DNA of 64,000 nucleotides from Entomortierella parvispora E1425 (Eukaryota; Fungi; Mortierellomycota): positions 1,612,001-1,676,000 of the forward strand of contig BQFW01000004.1 in the NCBI GenBank assembly GCA_020891255.1, in the 5' to 3' direction. How positions within the stretch are numbered: the first letter of the stretch is position 1; each line of letters starts with the position of its first letter. Shown here piece by piece: positions 1-11,400 of this stretch. The translations under genes were made by a program, and so were the position numbers. Under the pieces are notes generated by a model. The model was not told where the DNA came from. It searched no databases and saw only the letters and a program-made list of their open reading frames with translations.

Positions 1-1206
1 ACCACTTTGTACAAAAAAGAGGCGCCCGCTTTAAGGATACATTATTTTGTCCGCATGCTGATATAGAGAGAACCACTTCTTTTGAACGCTACTAGACAAA
101 CGATGGCGGGCGAGGAAACCCCAACGGGATCATGCGATCCATCTTTAAACGTATCATGTCGCGTCGCGTCCCTGTCGTAGTCCACAACGGGTTCTTGGAT
201 TTGATCTTTTTATACCACAGGTACAGCGGCGAACACTGAGAAGCAGGAAGATGAAACAAGCGCGTTGGTTCCTCACATTGCTAATGACTATTATCTTCCT
301 CTCATAGTTTTTACGCTGACCTGCCTCCCAAGTTGTCGACATTCGTGGCGGATCTATCGGACATGTTTGAGGGTGGCATCTTTGATACAAAGTACATTTC
401 CGACTATGTTACACGGGAGCGGTCCAGTTTCTTGGCGTATCTGTTCCGGAAGTATGAAAGGGCTGACATCCGAGCCAAGGAACCTGTGAACCCAGCAGGT
501 GTTGTAAATAAGCAAATATTCTCTGATTTCTCGGTACAAGAGGCTTTGCCCGTCCCCTCGCGGCCGCCAGGACCCTCGTCCACTTCAAGAAAGAGGGGCA
601 AGCAAGGACGGGAGAGCACATCAGAATATTGCGAAGACTATGCTGTAAGTTGAACCATTCTTACAGTTGCCAAAAAAAAAAAGAGGAGGGATGAAGTTCC
701 TGGAGCTAACAGTCTTATGTTTTGATTCGCAATAGTTCCATGGCGTTTGCAAGCAAAAGATGAAATGTGGAAAGTCGCACGACCTGGATGTGATTCTTGA
801 TGCAGAGGAGGCGCGACTGAACTCCAAAAAAAGAAAAGGCAACAAAGATGACGCGATACCATCAGCTCCAGAGTCATCCACAGAGGAAGTTGCAGCGGAT
901 GAAGTAGCGACTTCAAGTGACGGCGCGGCGACGCCCACCAATGAAGTGACCTTAATCAATGAAGCTGTGCCATCAACACCACCAGCTGTGGCTGTCTCCA
1001 GCGAAAAGTTCCATTCGGCCTACTTTGATGCCTTTATGACCGGAGCTGTATTTAGTCATCAATTGAATGCACACTCTCCGGAGAAAATACAGGCCGAGTC
1101 CATCAACAAGGTCTATCTCATTGGCAAGGATATCCCTCTCAAGCTTGAAAAGAGTGCTTTCACAAAGTACAGCCCTGAACACGAGCGTCAGCGAGCCTTG
1201 AGATGA
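1..1206 (+). CDS. TOE1: TOE1-like CAF1/DEDD deadenylase with CCCH zinc finger (5'-partial, spliced)
   Basis: Exons ~96-219, ~309-644 and ~744-1206 give VVHNGFLDLIFLYH..FYADLPPKLSTFVADLSDMFEGGIFDTKY, the CCCH finger CEDYA/..C..KC..SHDLD, HSAYFDAFMTG and NKVYLIGK. This matches the TOE1 motif order. Confidence 0.88.
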
Positions 1207-1242
1207 ATAAAATAGTCAAGACGTTTATTACATCAAAAGTGT

Positions 1243-3095
1243 TCAAAAAAAGTTGGGTTTGCCACCAAGAGCAGCCCGTTGTTCCGCTTTTGCCTAGAAG
1301 ACCATACCATATAAAGTACAACAGAGGGGTCAGGACCATGACATGTCAATCTCAGATTCAGAAAAAGACTCCAAGTGCAAGCATCACATACCGTAAAGAA
1401 TGCTCGCACATCCTCCTCAGTGACGACCTTCCCTTGCTCTGAGAATGGTGCCAAAAAGCTGCGAATCTCATCCCGCATCTTGCTGTAGGCCAGCATACCG
1501 TCCATCATTTGTACTCGGTCCATCTCGCTGAGTTTCTTCATACCGCTCTCCAAGATGGACGATTCTTCATCTTCGTCCTCATCGTCCTCATAGATGGCCT
1601 CTTCTCCGAGGATAAACGGAACATTTTCCTTTGTATAAAGCGCCAGGCATGACGGACATTGGCACAAGAGATCCCGCCAGCCTTCAGTCGCAAAGAGATT
1701 CACTTCTTGCTCCGGATATGCATCCTCAGGCTGAAGATCCAACTTGCATGGACCCACAGAGTCCACCTCCAACTTGACTCTTTTGCTTGAGCTCTCTGAC
1801 GTTTCTTCCTTCTTGAGAGGATCCTTGTCCTTGTCCTGGTCCTGATCTGTTACCTCAAGTGAGCGCTTCACATGAACAGTTGTGTTGGTAGCTGTGGTCG
1901 ACGTGGACGAGGAGGAGTTTTCAGCTGTTTCTGTTTTGGTTGTTGTTTCTGTTGTTCTTGTCACAGTCGGGATGGTAGAGGAATCGGCTGTGTCAAGGTT
2001 TCTTACTGAATTTTCTTCGACGGTCGTAACATCAACAGGTCCTGAAATGTCTTCTTCCTTGACCTTGTTCTTCTGCTTTCCTTTAGAGCAATCGACCATA
2101 GTGACAGATTTTGATCCTCCTTCCTTGTCTGATACTCCGATCATAAATAGAGGGTGCTGAGCATACTTCCGGATGAAGGGATGGGCGCGCGTGCAGCTCC
2201 TGCAGATAAAATCATCAAAATCGTCGTTGTGGGGGCTCTATTGATTTCGGAGCGATAAGAGTGGTCAGATTTGGGACCAAGTTGGGGCATCTTTTCATAC
2301 AGGCAAGGTCGTTGCATTCTTACGATGCCAATGCAGGTATCATGGAACCAGTCCTCGCAAACAACACACTGGAGCATGGTGTTTTCCTCCTTTGATGGAT
2401 CGTATAGAATGTCGCACCTAGAAAAAAAATATGCAGGCGCGAATTAGATATTCCTTGTGCTTACTATCCAGAGATTCAATTGCGCCAAATACTTCCAGAG
2501 AAGAGACCCATACCAACAGAATCTCCCGAGATAGTTGTGATTGTACTGATTTGATTCATTGATGATTCCTGCAGGTTTAGGGTCCAGCTTGCATGGCAGG
2601 TCCTTGAACTTTGCAGTTCCGCAGTCGCATCGAAAACTGCGCTTTGTAAAGAGTTCAACCAGGTTGTGATCTCCATGGCAGGAGATGCTGCAAGAATAAC
2701 AGAATCCTGCCTCCTCTGATGGGTTTGGGTTGCAAGTCAGACAAGAGTAGACGGGTTGACGAATGTACCCCATGCTGTTCGAGCACTATAATGCAAGCGA
2801 CAAAAAGCATTAGAATGTTGCCAGAGCGAAAGAGGATGCATGCAAGGGGTGTATGGTGGCCGTTAGCGATGTGCCAGTGAATGGGACTCCTTACCACATC
2901 AAACTTCTTGGGGAAAAGCTCCTTGGCTTCCTGTGAGGGAATGGGTCGAGGGAGTTAGCTAGGCAAAGTGTGGTGAACACAAAGCAGGGCAGCGATCAGG
3001 GCAGCGATAATGTAGCGCTGGTAACGCACCTTCTCCAGTCGCTCCTGCTCCTCAATGTACTCTGAGACAGTGATGGTGTCCTTCTTTTCGTCCAT
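1243..3095 (-). CDS. UBR7: UBR7-type E3 ubiquitin ligase (UBR-box + PHD), multi-exon
   Basis: Start MDEKKDTITVSEYIEEQERLE at 3095. UBR box YSCLTC..CYSCSISCHGDHNLVELFTKRSFRCDCG; PHD MLQCVVCEDWFHDTC; WRDLLCQCPSC. Last exon 1293-1243 (AKAEQRAALGGKPNFF*). Confidence 0.9.
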
Positions 3096-3616
3096 GATGT
3101 CAGTCTGTTAGTTGGGAATGTGGAAGGGAGAGAGGGAAATGACCGACCAGACAGAGCGCGCCGATTGTTTGCTCGAGAAGGACGCGACCAGAGGTGTGGC
3201 AGTCACGGTCGTGATTTGGAGCTTGTGTGTTCAATCGGGAAGACATCGACCGTGTAACGACAGCACTCCACCCGTAGCGTGCTGCACATCCCAATGGATA
3301 TCCTCGATTGAATTGGTGCGAAAGTGTGGTGACCGTCTGTGCATAAAAGTCTTGTTCCTCCTCAATGTGCGACCTGTGCGCAAAAGGAGTTCCAACAATC
3401 ATGTCCGAAAGAGCGCGCTGCAAGCAATGATGATGAAGCGTTGCACAACAGGCAATCTCCCAGAGAAAAGCTGCAGAGGTCCAACACACTGGCCCATCGA
3501 CCCAGTTCATCCAGTCTCCATAAAAAGGCGAGTACTTTCGCATCGCTTTCCAGTTCTCTATCACTACCCTGTTCTCTTGAGCTTCTCGCCTTTCTCTCCC
3601 TGTCTTGTACTCCCGA

Positions 3617-4110
3617 ATGCCTCGCAAGTTTAAGAACCGAGTCGATGTCGCCTTTGGTGGATCCGAGTCCTTGTTCCTTGCCGTCCTCGATGATCCTCCT
3701 GCGGCTGCCTTTGGAGCAGGACCTCTCGACCTTGGCGACCCTATTCAGAATCTTGAAGAGCAACCCATCGAGCAAGACGCAGACGAGAGCGCAAACCCCA
3801 ACCCGCGCACTAGCGCGACAGGGGATATCTGAAGGCATCCCACCATCTTCGAGAAAAACTGAAAGAAAAAGAACCAAGTTCTCGATCTTGTCTTTCTAGA
3901 ACCAAAAAAAGAGATCCTCTTCAAGTCCATCAAGTATGACAAGCGCGAGCTGAAAGTAGTAGGCGGTGAAGGTAGAAATAGCCATACAACTTCTCTTCAA
4001 AATACAAAACTACAAACAGGCGCTCACAAAGTGCTGTGGATGCTACGATTTGTCGCTTCTCGGAAAGGCGAGTAAGTGGAAAGAGAAACGACGCGAAGAA
4101 GGCGAAGGAA
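3617..4110 (+). pseudogene. Copy A of unidentified decayed ORF family (MPRKFKNR...)
   Basis: The ORF begins MPRKFKNRVDVAFGGSESLF. About 29 of the first 51 aa are identical to the ORF at 6855 (hand alignment). Downstream homologous blocks are broken by stops and frameshifts. Confidence 0.55.
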
Positions 4111-4559
4111 AATGAAACACTGAGCCACGCAGTAAACGCGCCATACCACAATACCACACCCATTCCAACGCAAGGTATCCAAGGGCCATGCATCTTACTC
4201 CACCGTCGATGATATTTTCCACGATTGGTCTCTAAAAGACTGATCTTGCTCGACACGTTGGACACAAGGTGTAGCACTTGGATGGTTGGGATTCGTATTC
4301 AAAAAAAAAAAAAAAAAAAAGCTTCATGTACGACAGGAGCGCGGTTCTGAGCAACACAACATAGGAAAGGCCAGATCGGATTCCTTTTTCGCACCCAGTC
4401 CGTAGCTCGAACCAGCCATGAGTCCACATCATCTCTGACAATACTCTGACTGGGGGTAACACCAATTGCTCCAACCCACAGTTGCCACTGTTCCCGGAAA
4501 GCCTTCACGCATGCAGAGCAATTGGGTGTGCCACTTCTTGACCCCGCTAGATTGGAAGT

Positions 4560-5010
4560 CCCTTTTCCTTCCCTGGTGTCCGCTTTAGCGCCTCGTCGGC
4601 GCAGAGATCTGGGATTGGCTCGTTGCCATTCTCTTGCAGAAAAGATTTCTTTCGACACCCGCATCTGCAACCGCGCCCTTCTCAACTCAGGCACTTTCGA
4701 TTCTCAGAAAATACATCGATGTAGCCATTTCCCGTCAAACCCCTGAAGCATCCTCGCATCAATCGGGAATACTTACCGTTGATTCGACACATTCGTATGG
4801 TGGACAGGGTGGTCGGTTCTCAGACCATTAGCCGCCATATCAAAAATGTCTCCTCTCGGATCCCTCGTCAAGAAGGTAGCTCAATGCCATCCGGTCGCTC
4901 CATTGGCTCATCTCTGGCAGTAGAGCACGGTGCATCCGTCGACGAAGTGCAGGCTTCACCATGGAACTCAACGCCCATGAATTGAGGCGGTATAGGACTT
5001 GTAGCATTGG
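4560..5010 (+). mobile_element. Degenerate tyrosine-recombinase fragment (DIRS/Ngaro- or Crypton-like)
   Basis: KHPRINREYLPLIRHIR..VGSQTISRHIKN..PSGRSIGSSLAVEHGASVDEV..W-N-S, then frameshifted ELRRYR. This resembles the R..G/W/Y catalytic C-terminus of the YRs of fungal retroelements. Stops and frameshifts are present. Confidence 0.6.
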
Positions 5011-5349
5011 TCAATGACGTGGAGCAGTTTCCCACTGTGGAAAATACTTGGGTAGACTCAAACACAGCAAAGGCGACGACGGGCACCATTCGAAGGATGC
5101 TCCCTTCTAGGGATTCGGTTCTTTGATCGCTCATTCTTGATACCTGGGATTGAGCAAGACTAATACGTCTATCCCTGAAGAAAAGTAAGACAACGACTCA
5201 AAGGCAAAACTGTGATCGGAAAATCTGTGGGGATATTTTGACGCACCATGCTAGAGAACGGACTCTGCATCGTGAACATGGACCAAACAAACAAGCTGAC
5301 AACAACAACAACAAAAAGAATTCCGTCGATGGACGCCTGTATCGTGCAA

Positions 5350-5761
5350 TGGGCTGAGATGTTTTTGTCTGGATGAACTCGCACAGCCGAGCTAAGCGTA
5401 CCAGCATGCCTTTCATTTAACCAGAAACCTAGAAGCGCGTTCATTTATGACGATTTCTTTAATCGACATTTGTGTGTCTTCAGAACATTTGTGTGTTGTT
5501 ACGGTCACGAAGGTAGTCCTTCTCCCTTGTACGTTCTCGAGATCAAGGTGACATGGACTGACAGACGCGTCCTTTTTTATGTCGCCAAACGAAGGATGAT
5601 CTCGCTTATCCATCCACTGTGTCCGTTGCATCATTTCCAGGCCGATCTTCGTTTGCGCTCGCGAGCTCGTTTGTGCCTTGAGTGACGGATGGCTCTTCCA
5701 GGTATAAAATGGGCTCGTTGAGGTTAGTGGATTCCGCGACATTGTCCATAGAAGGATCATT
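5350..5761 (-). pseudogene. Copy B of the same decayed ORF family
   Basis: Minus-strand frame 5761-5606 reads NDPSMDNVAESTNLNEPILYLEEPSVTQGTNELASA, which aligns with DDP..LGDPIQNLEEQPIEQDADESA of copy A. ISE.I...KRTRLS and GEG blocks follow in the same order as in copy A. Confidence 0.45.
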
Positions 5762-5769
5762 GAGAACCT

Positions 5770-6045
5770 ACGATGTTCGACTCTACTGATTTGAAGGTCT
5801 GGGTCACAATCCTCACCTTTTGGCACAGATGGTCGTAAAAATATAAAAGGAAATCGACAGGGGGTTTAATATGGGCAGAATGGGGAGGTTTGGGTCAACC
5901 CTCGGTTACACGACCAAATTTTTTCAGTGGGCAAAATGCCCTTTGCATGCTTTTTGTTCACCTTCCTTTTATATTTTTACGACCATCTGTGCCAAAAGGT
6001 GAGGATTGTGACCCAGACCTTCAAATCAGTAGAGTCGAACATCGT
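5770..6045. repeat. Perfect 83-bp inverted repeat (5770-5852 / 5963-6045) with 110-bp spacer
   Basis: The arms are exact reverse complements on base-by-base comparison. The peptide PKGEDCDPDLQISRVEHR therefore appears in ORFs on both strands. Confidence 0.95.
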
Positions 6046-6854
6046 TCAGATCACGTGGGTTTGAAGGTCTGGATGCGAGACTATCAAAAGGTCATCATGT
6101 ATGCGGGAGGAGAGAGAGGGAAAGGAGGGAGGGTAAAATAAAATGAACCGTTGCGTTGAGCTGAGTTGCAGTTGGTACCTGTAATATTCTGTCGCCAGAA
6201 GCGTCTCGAGCGGGATCGAGGGATGGAATGCTTTTCCCTTTCTTTCGCTTTTGATTTCTTGCTATGATTACGAAAAAAGAGAAAAGAGAAAACTGTTTTA
6301 CTGGAAGACGAGCTCGTGGAGGCAAAAGGGGAAGGAGGGAAAGAGAAAGAAAACAAAAGGCGCTAGCTTCGGAGCTGTGTGGGTTGATGCGGCCACTTGC
6401 GTGGGGCAGAGTGAGGTGAAAACCCCAGAGCCTCCTTGCATGAGAGTTGTTGACAAAGAGTGCAAAGGAAAAACAAACATGCACGAGAACGCGTCCTTAC
6501 GATTGACTTTCCCGCCATACATCCACAATTAGAGATAGGTTATTGGCATGCACCTCTCTTCCTGCCGATCCTGCTCCTCGACGTATGGTCTTCAGAGTGC
6601 CTGGTATCAGGCAAAGCTCCACGCCACCTGATTCTAGCGCTTTCGGGCGTTTTTAAACCCACACCTGTGAGAAATAGAATGCAGTCAAAGAACAGCCCTG
6701 GTGATAACCGAAGGAGCACCGCAAAATCACTTGGAGTCAGTCTCTGCTTTTGCTATAAAAGTTGGTACCTTTTCTTGCCGCATGTTTCTTTCCTAACCAC
6801 TGTTTCTTCAACTTGTTCGCTTTCTCTTCTTAACACATACTCCACAACTCCGCA

Positions 6855-7330
6855 ATGCCCTTCAAGTTCAAAAATCGAACTGATATTGCCACGGGTGGAC
6901 CCGAGTCCCTATTCATAGAAATTATCGATGAACCATCTGCGGAGGACTTGACGGCAGGACCCCCTGACGGCCCTATTTTGGATCCTGAGGAGCAGCTCAT
7001 CACACCAAATGCAAACGAGGATGCGAACGAACACGAACATCAGTCCGAATAACGGAAGATCTGCCCCACAACCAGAGATAAAAATGCGAGCGACAGAATA
7101 TCTTCCTCCTTGGAGATATCAATCGCTTTTACAAGCAGCAACAGAGGAGAAAGACCTGGCAAAGAGAGCAATAAGATTAGAAGCGAAAAAGGAGTCAACT
7201 CGTTTTTGAATACACGTCCAAAAAGTCAACTAGTTTCTTGCAAGCAGTAAGACATTGGTCGAGCTCTTACAGAGATGTGAATGCTGGGAGCTTTGGCAGC
7301 ATTTGGTGCTATAGAGTTCACTCTGAAAAG
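6855..7330 (+). pseudogene. Copy C of the same decayed ORF family (MPFKFKNR...)
   Basis: MPFKFKNRTDIATGGPESLF..., with downstream LEAKKE (copy A LEPKKE) and CECWEL (copy A CCGCYDL). TATAAAA at 6754. Confidence 0.55.
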
Positions 7331-8473
7331 TTACTCATATGTGGAAGAGGGTCTGGCAGCCTGGTCGAGATCGAGCGAATATCTTGTCAATTTGTCGAAG
7401 TCGCCCAATTAGTTCTTGAAATTAAAACAAACCCGCTTTGATCCCGAGAGCCGCGTCACTTTCTTGGCGCACTGATCGCTTTTTAGTGTTTCCTGGATGA
7501 TTTGCAGCATCTTGTTGTTCCATTGAATCACCCACCCATTGACAGCTCTTTTTTTCGCGTTCGCTCTGACACTTCTCAATCTAAGAAAACTGGAGGGTTG
7601 AAAATCACGGACACAGACCTCCTAGCTGGTCATTCCATTGCTGAACTTGATAATCTTGGGTTTGTCTTGGCGACGAATACAGTATAATATGTAGCCTCAA
7701 AAAAAAAAAGCGCCAATGAACATGGGTCTCTGTCAGTTCTAATCCGCGATTTACTATTATTCGTCCCCCAACGGTTTACCTCCTCCTTCGCCCGATCCCT
7801 CCAGTCTTCATTCTCCACTTCGTTCTGTATGAGGGGAAAACTGATATAAACTTATTTTATAAAAAGAAATATGTTTTCTTTGGGTAAAAGGGTAAAAGGG
7901 TAAAATAGTACACGGTGGGCAGAGAAGGGAAAGGCTGTTCGAGATGGGCTGGTATGGTACTAAGTAGAAATAGATAGATGGTAGTGGAGTGCGAGAAGGG
8001 GAGGTGGGGATATATGTACGAAAAGGACGGAATGAAAAAAAAGGAAGACCTCAGCAAACTATTCGACTCTTTTTCCTCGCTTTTTTTTTTGTCATGAACG
8101 AAACAACGCCCTTCTTGTAAGAACCGGGTTGCTTTCGATATCCAACATGACGAAAAGAAGGACTCTCCAAGAAAGAGCGACCTCCAAGTAGTAAAAAAAA
8201 GAAAGACAAAAACTTGCAAGAACAGAAAAAAAAAAAAACAAGACTAGAACAACAAAAACAATGGGCATGAAAAATTATCGGTGGGCGAGGAAGGGGCATC
8301 ACAGAAAAAAAATGGAGCAAGATAAAAATCTTTGCTTTCCAGTAGACAGAAAACATTGAGCCAGATGGGCGCTTAGATGACAGGGCGCTGTCTTTGAGGT
8401 GGCTGCTCATAGATGTGAGGGTTCACTGCTAGAAAGGTTCAATAAAAGAAAAGGCACAAAGTCAGCAAGCCAT

Positions 8474-11400
8474 TCATTGCGCCAAAATACAACAATCATC
8501 CATGACACGCGAAAAATGCCATAACCTACATTGCAGGTACATAAGAGCTTCCTCATGGTTGTCATAATAGGTGGTGCGACTTGACGTCGTAGACGGAGCT
8601 GGTTCCACAGGGGGAGGGTGAACCTGTTGCTCTACACCCAACGAATTGACCAGTGAGCCCATGCCGTAGAGGGTCTGTTGGGGCTGCAAGACCTTGACCA
8701 TCCTGTTGTGTCCACCATCGGGTCCTGATGAAGCTCCAGAGCCCGGTGCGGACGGAGGGACCATCGGATGACCATTGCCAAGATTGGGCTTAGCGCCACC
8801 ATGGCCACCAGCGCCTGCATAGTACATATCAGAACCAGAGCTCGAGGGAATAAGAGAAACAGCCAGAGGGGCCAAGGTCGTCTCGGGGCGAGGTGCAATC
8901 CACCGTGGTGGAGGCATTTCCGTCAACCGGGTGGGCTTCTTGGGCACTGGAGGCTTCAGACTCTGACTGACACCCGAGGAACTAGAACTACCCGTGGACT
9001 GGGGGAGGATACGCTTAGGAGGCTTGGGTGGAGGCACCAAAGACTTCTTCTTGGGCGCTTCGCCATTGGGCATGGAAGACGCAGCGGACTGAGAAGGCGC
9101 CGAGGTTGGGACAGAGGATCGGCTGTCGATCTGACCGAGTCCCAACAAATCGCCTACTGGAGCAAGCGTTGGCTGGAGGAACGAAGATTGGGTATAAGAG
9201 AGGCCACCATGGCTTGAGTGGGACTCAAACATGTTCATCGGCACTCCACTAGAAGCTGAAGAGTAAAAGGGCAATGGTCCAGTGGGGTCATATATGGACG
9301 AAGCTGGTTGCGACTGGGACTCGACCGGCATCTCAAAGGTCATGCCAAGAGAGTGAGCATCCTGAAGAGAGTTGTGTTGGCCCAAGAAATTTGCACCGTT
9401 TGTTGCCTGCCGGAAACCACGATTGTTGGCGTCAAACGAGGTATAAGCATGTGTCTGGAGAGGAGAAAACATGTCGGTATCCTCGGCATGGCTATCCTTG
9501 TGGCCACCATTGTTGTTGCTGTTGTTATGGTTGTTGTTGCTGTTGTTGCTGTTATTGTTCGAAGAACCGTGTTGGTTGTTGCTGTGGGTCATATTTCGAC
9601 CATTGTTCATGACCATCCTGGTCACAGACTCTACAGGGGAAGAAGGAGACATGACACTGGCGTAGCTATACTCGGAGGCTGGTGTAGCCACAAAGTGCTG
9701 TTGCTGCGCAAAGTTGGACGACTGCGAGGGATCTTGAGGCGCGAGTAAAAAGTTACTGACCATCTCCTCCATCGATGCAACGTCCTTTTCCAGTTCCGGC
9801 AGCTTGGCCAAGCTCATGTATCCCTTGAGAAGGTCAATCGTGCGGTAGTACAGACTCTGAGCATCCACTGTCGTATGGGTCACCATCTGGAAGACATGGA
9901 TCTCAGCCGCTTGCAGCATATGGTAAGCAAAGAGACCGCAGCCAGGCCATGGCCAACTGTAGTTCTGGAAGATAATCTCTCCAATCTGCGTCAACATCGT
10001 CGCCGCCTGCGAACACTTCGCGACTGGTGAGTTGGGGTCTCGAGGATCACCCCGATGGGTCTTGTTTGAGATCAAGGGTCGATACAGCAAGAGTCGATGA
10101 CTGTAAAAGAACCGGTGGAGATATAGGGTATAATAAGATGGCAGGGCTGCGCCGGCGATCTGACTGTCAATGTAGACAAGGTGTGGAGGCAAGTTGAGTA
10201 GCCAGTCGTCCAGCGAAGAGGCAATAGAATGCATGTCGACACCTTTGATCGCTCGGGCCAGGACGCGGTCGTTCTTGATGCCCCGGTAGAAAACACAGAC
10301 GCGACGGTAAATCTGAACCAATTCCAAATGGTGGTACCAAAAGATCAGGGTGGCACCCTGGACAGTGTCTGTCATTTGACTGGCTTCACGAATTAACCGG
10401 CGCATGTCGAGGGCCGCGGTGGTGATGCTGTACTCCAAGCCCATCAGGCTGCTCGTGAGGCCATCCAAGAAGAAACAACCAAGCCAGGCTAGAGAGTTTT
10501 CTTGATGCATCGCAGAGCGCTTCTCGACCGATGACCGGGTTTGGACATCTCTGAGTCGAGAGTGGACCGGCAAGCCCCCACGCGAGTTGGTTCCAGTGCT
10601 CGTCATACTGTCGCCCGTGTCTGAGCTTTCAATCTCATTGGCAGTCGTACGCAGGGCCTTTTGTAGGCCCATGTCAAGGGCCATACGCGTCGCCAAATTG
10701 ACGTACATTCGAATTCGGAAAAAGTGGCCTTGCCGCTTCTCTTTAGTCTGGTAGTACGCAAGAAGAAGGAGACCTTGAACAGTGCTAAGTCTTGGTACGT
10801 CCATATAGGTATCCAGCAGTGCGCGTGCATGGTCATAGAGGGCATGATGGCTTTGCAGATTGGCAAGCTCTGGGATTTCCTGGAGTTCAAAGTCGGTAGC
10901 GTGGCGGGCGGCCACTGCGCAAATGGCCATGAGCAAAAAGGGTGGTACGCGGTATTCACCGTTTTGGCAGAGTGTCAGGAAGCTGGTCTTGTGGATGACT
11001 GGGAGGAACGTGTGGACGCTGTTGAAGTAAATGTCCATCAGCGCGCCAATGGCCTTTGACGTCAATAACGAGCTTGGCAGCGTATAAGATTGTGGAGTCT
11101 CTGTCGATTCCCAGTCCAAAGCAGAAAAGTCTGGGAATTCCGAGGCTGAGGTCGAGCAGTATCGCCTGGCATCGCTGTAAGACTTTTCTTTCTGTCCAAG
11201 CACTTGAGGAATGTAGCTTGCAGTTCCGTCTCGGTCTACCTTGAGGCTGCCGACTAGCACGCTCAAAACATCCATGGACTCGTCTGTGGCAAATGTCTGG
11301 TCCTCTGACTCTGATCCTGTGTTGTTGTTAGAGAGGATGGGCGTCGTAATCGATGTCCCCGAAAGATGAGTGATCAAGGCGGCCGTGTTGGAAGCGTGTC

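Noticed and set aside
5340-5390. J-domain HPDK motif (AVRVHPDKN)
   Set aside because: Comparison with copies A and C suggests the conserved frame is the CxxC one. There is no surrounding J-domain helical pattern.
7484-7510. FLDD as a reverse-transcriptase catalytic motif
   Set aside because: It is preceded by a stop, and no other RT motifs are recognisable.
7882-7905. (GGGTAAAA)3 as an interstitial telomere
   Set aside because: Only three units, and the telomeric repeat of this organism is unknown to me.
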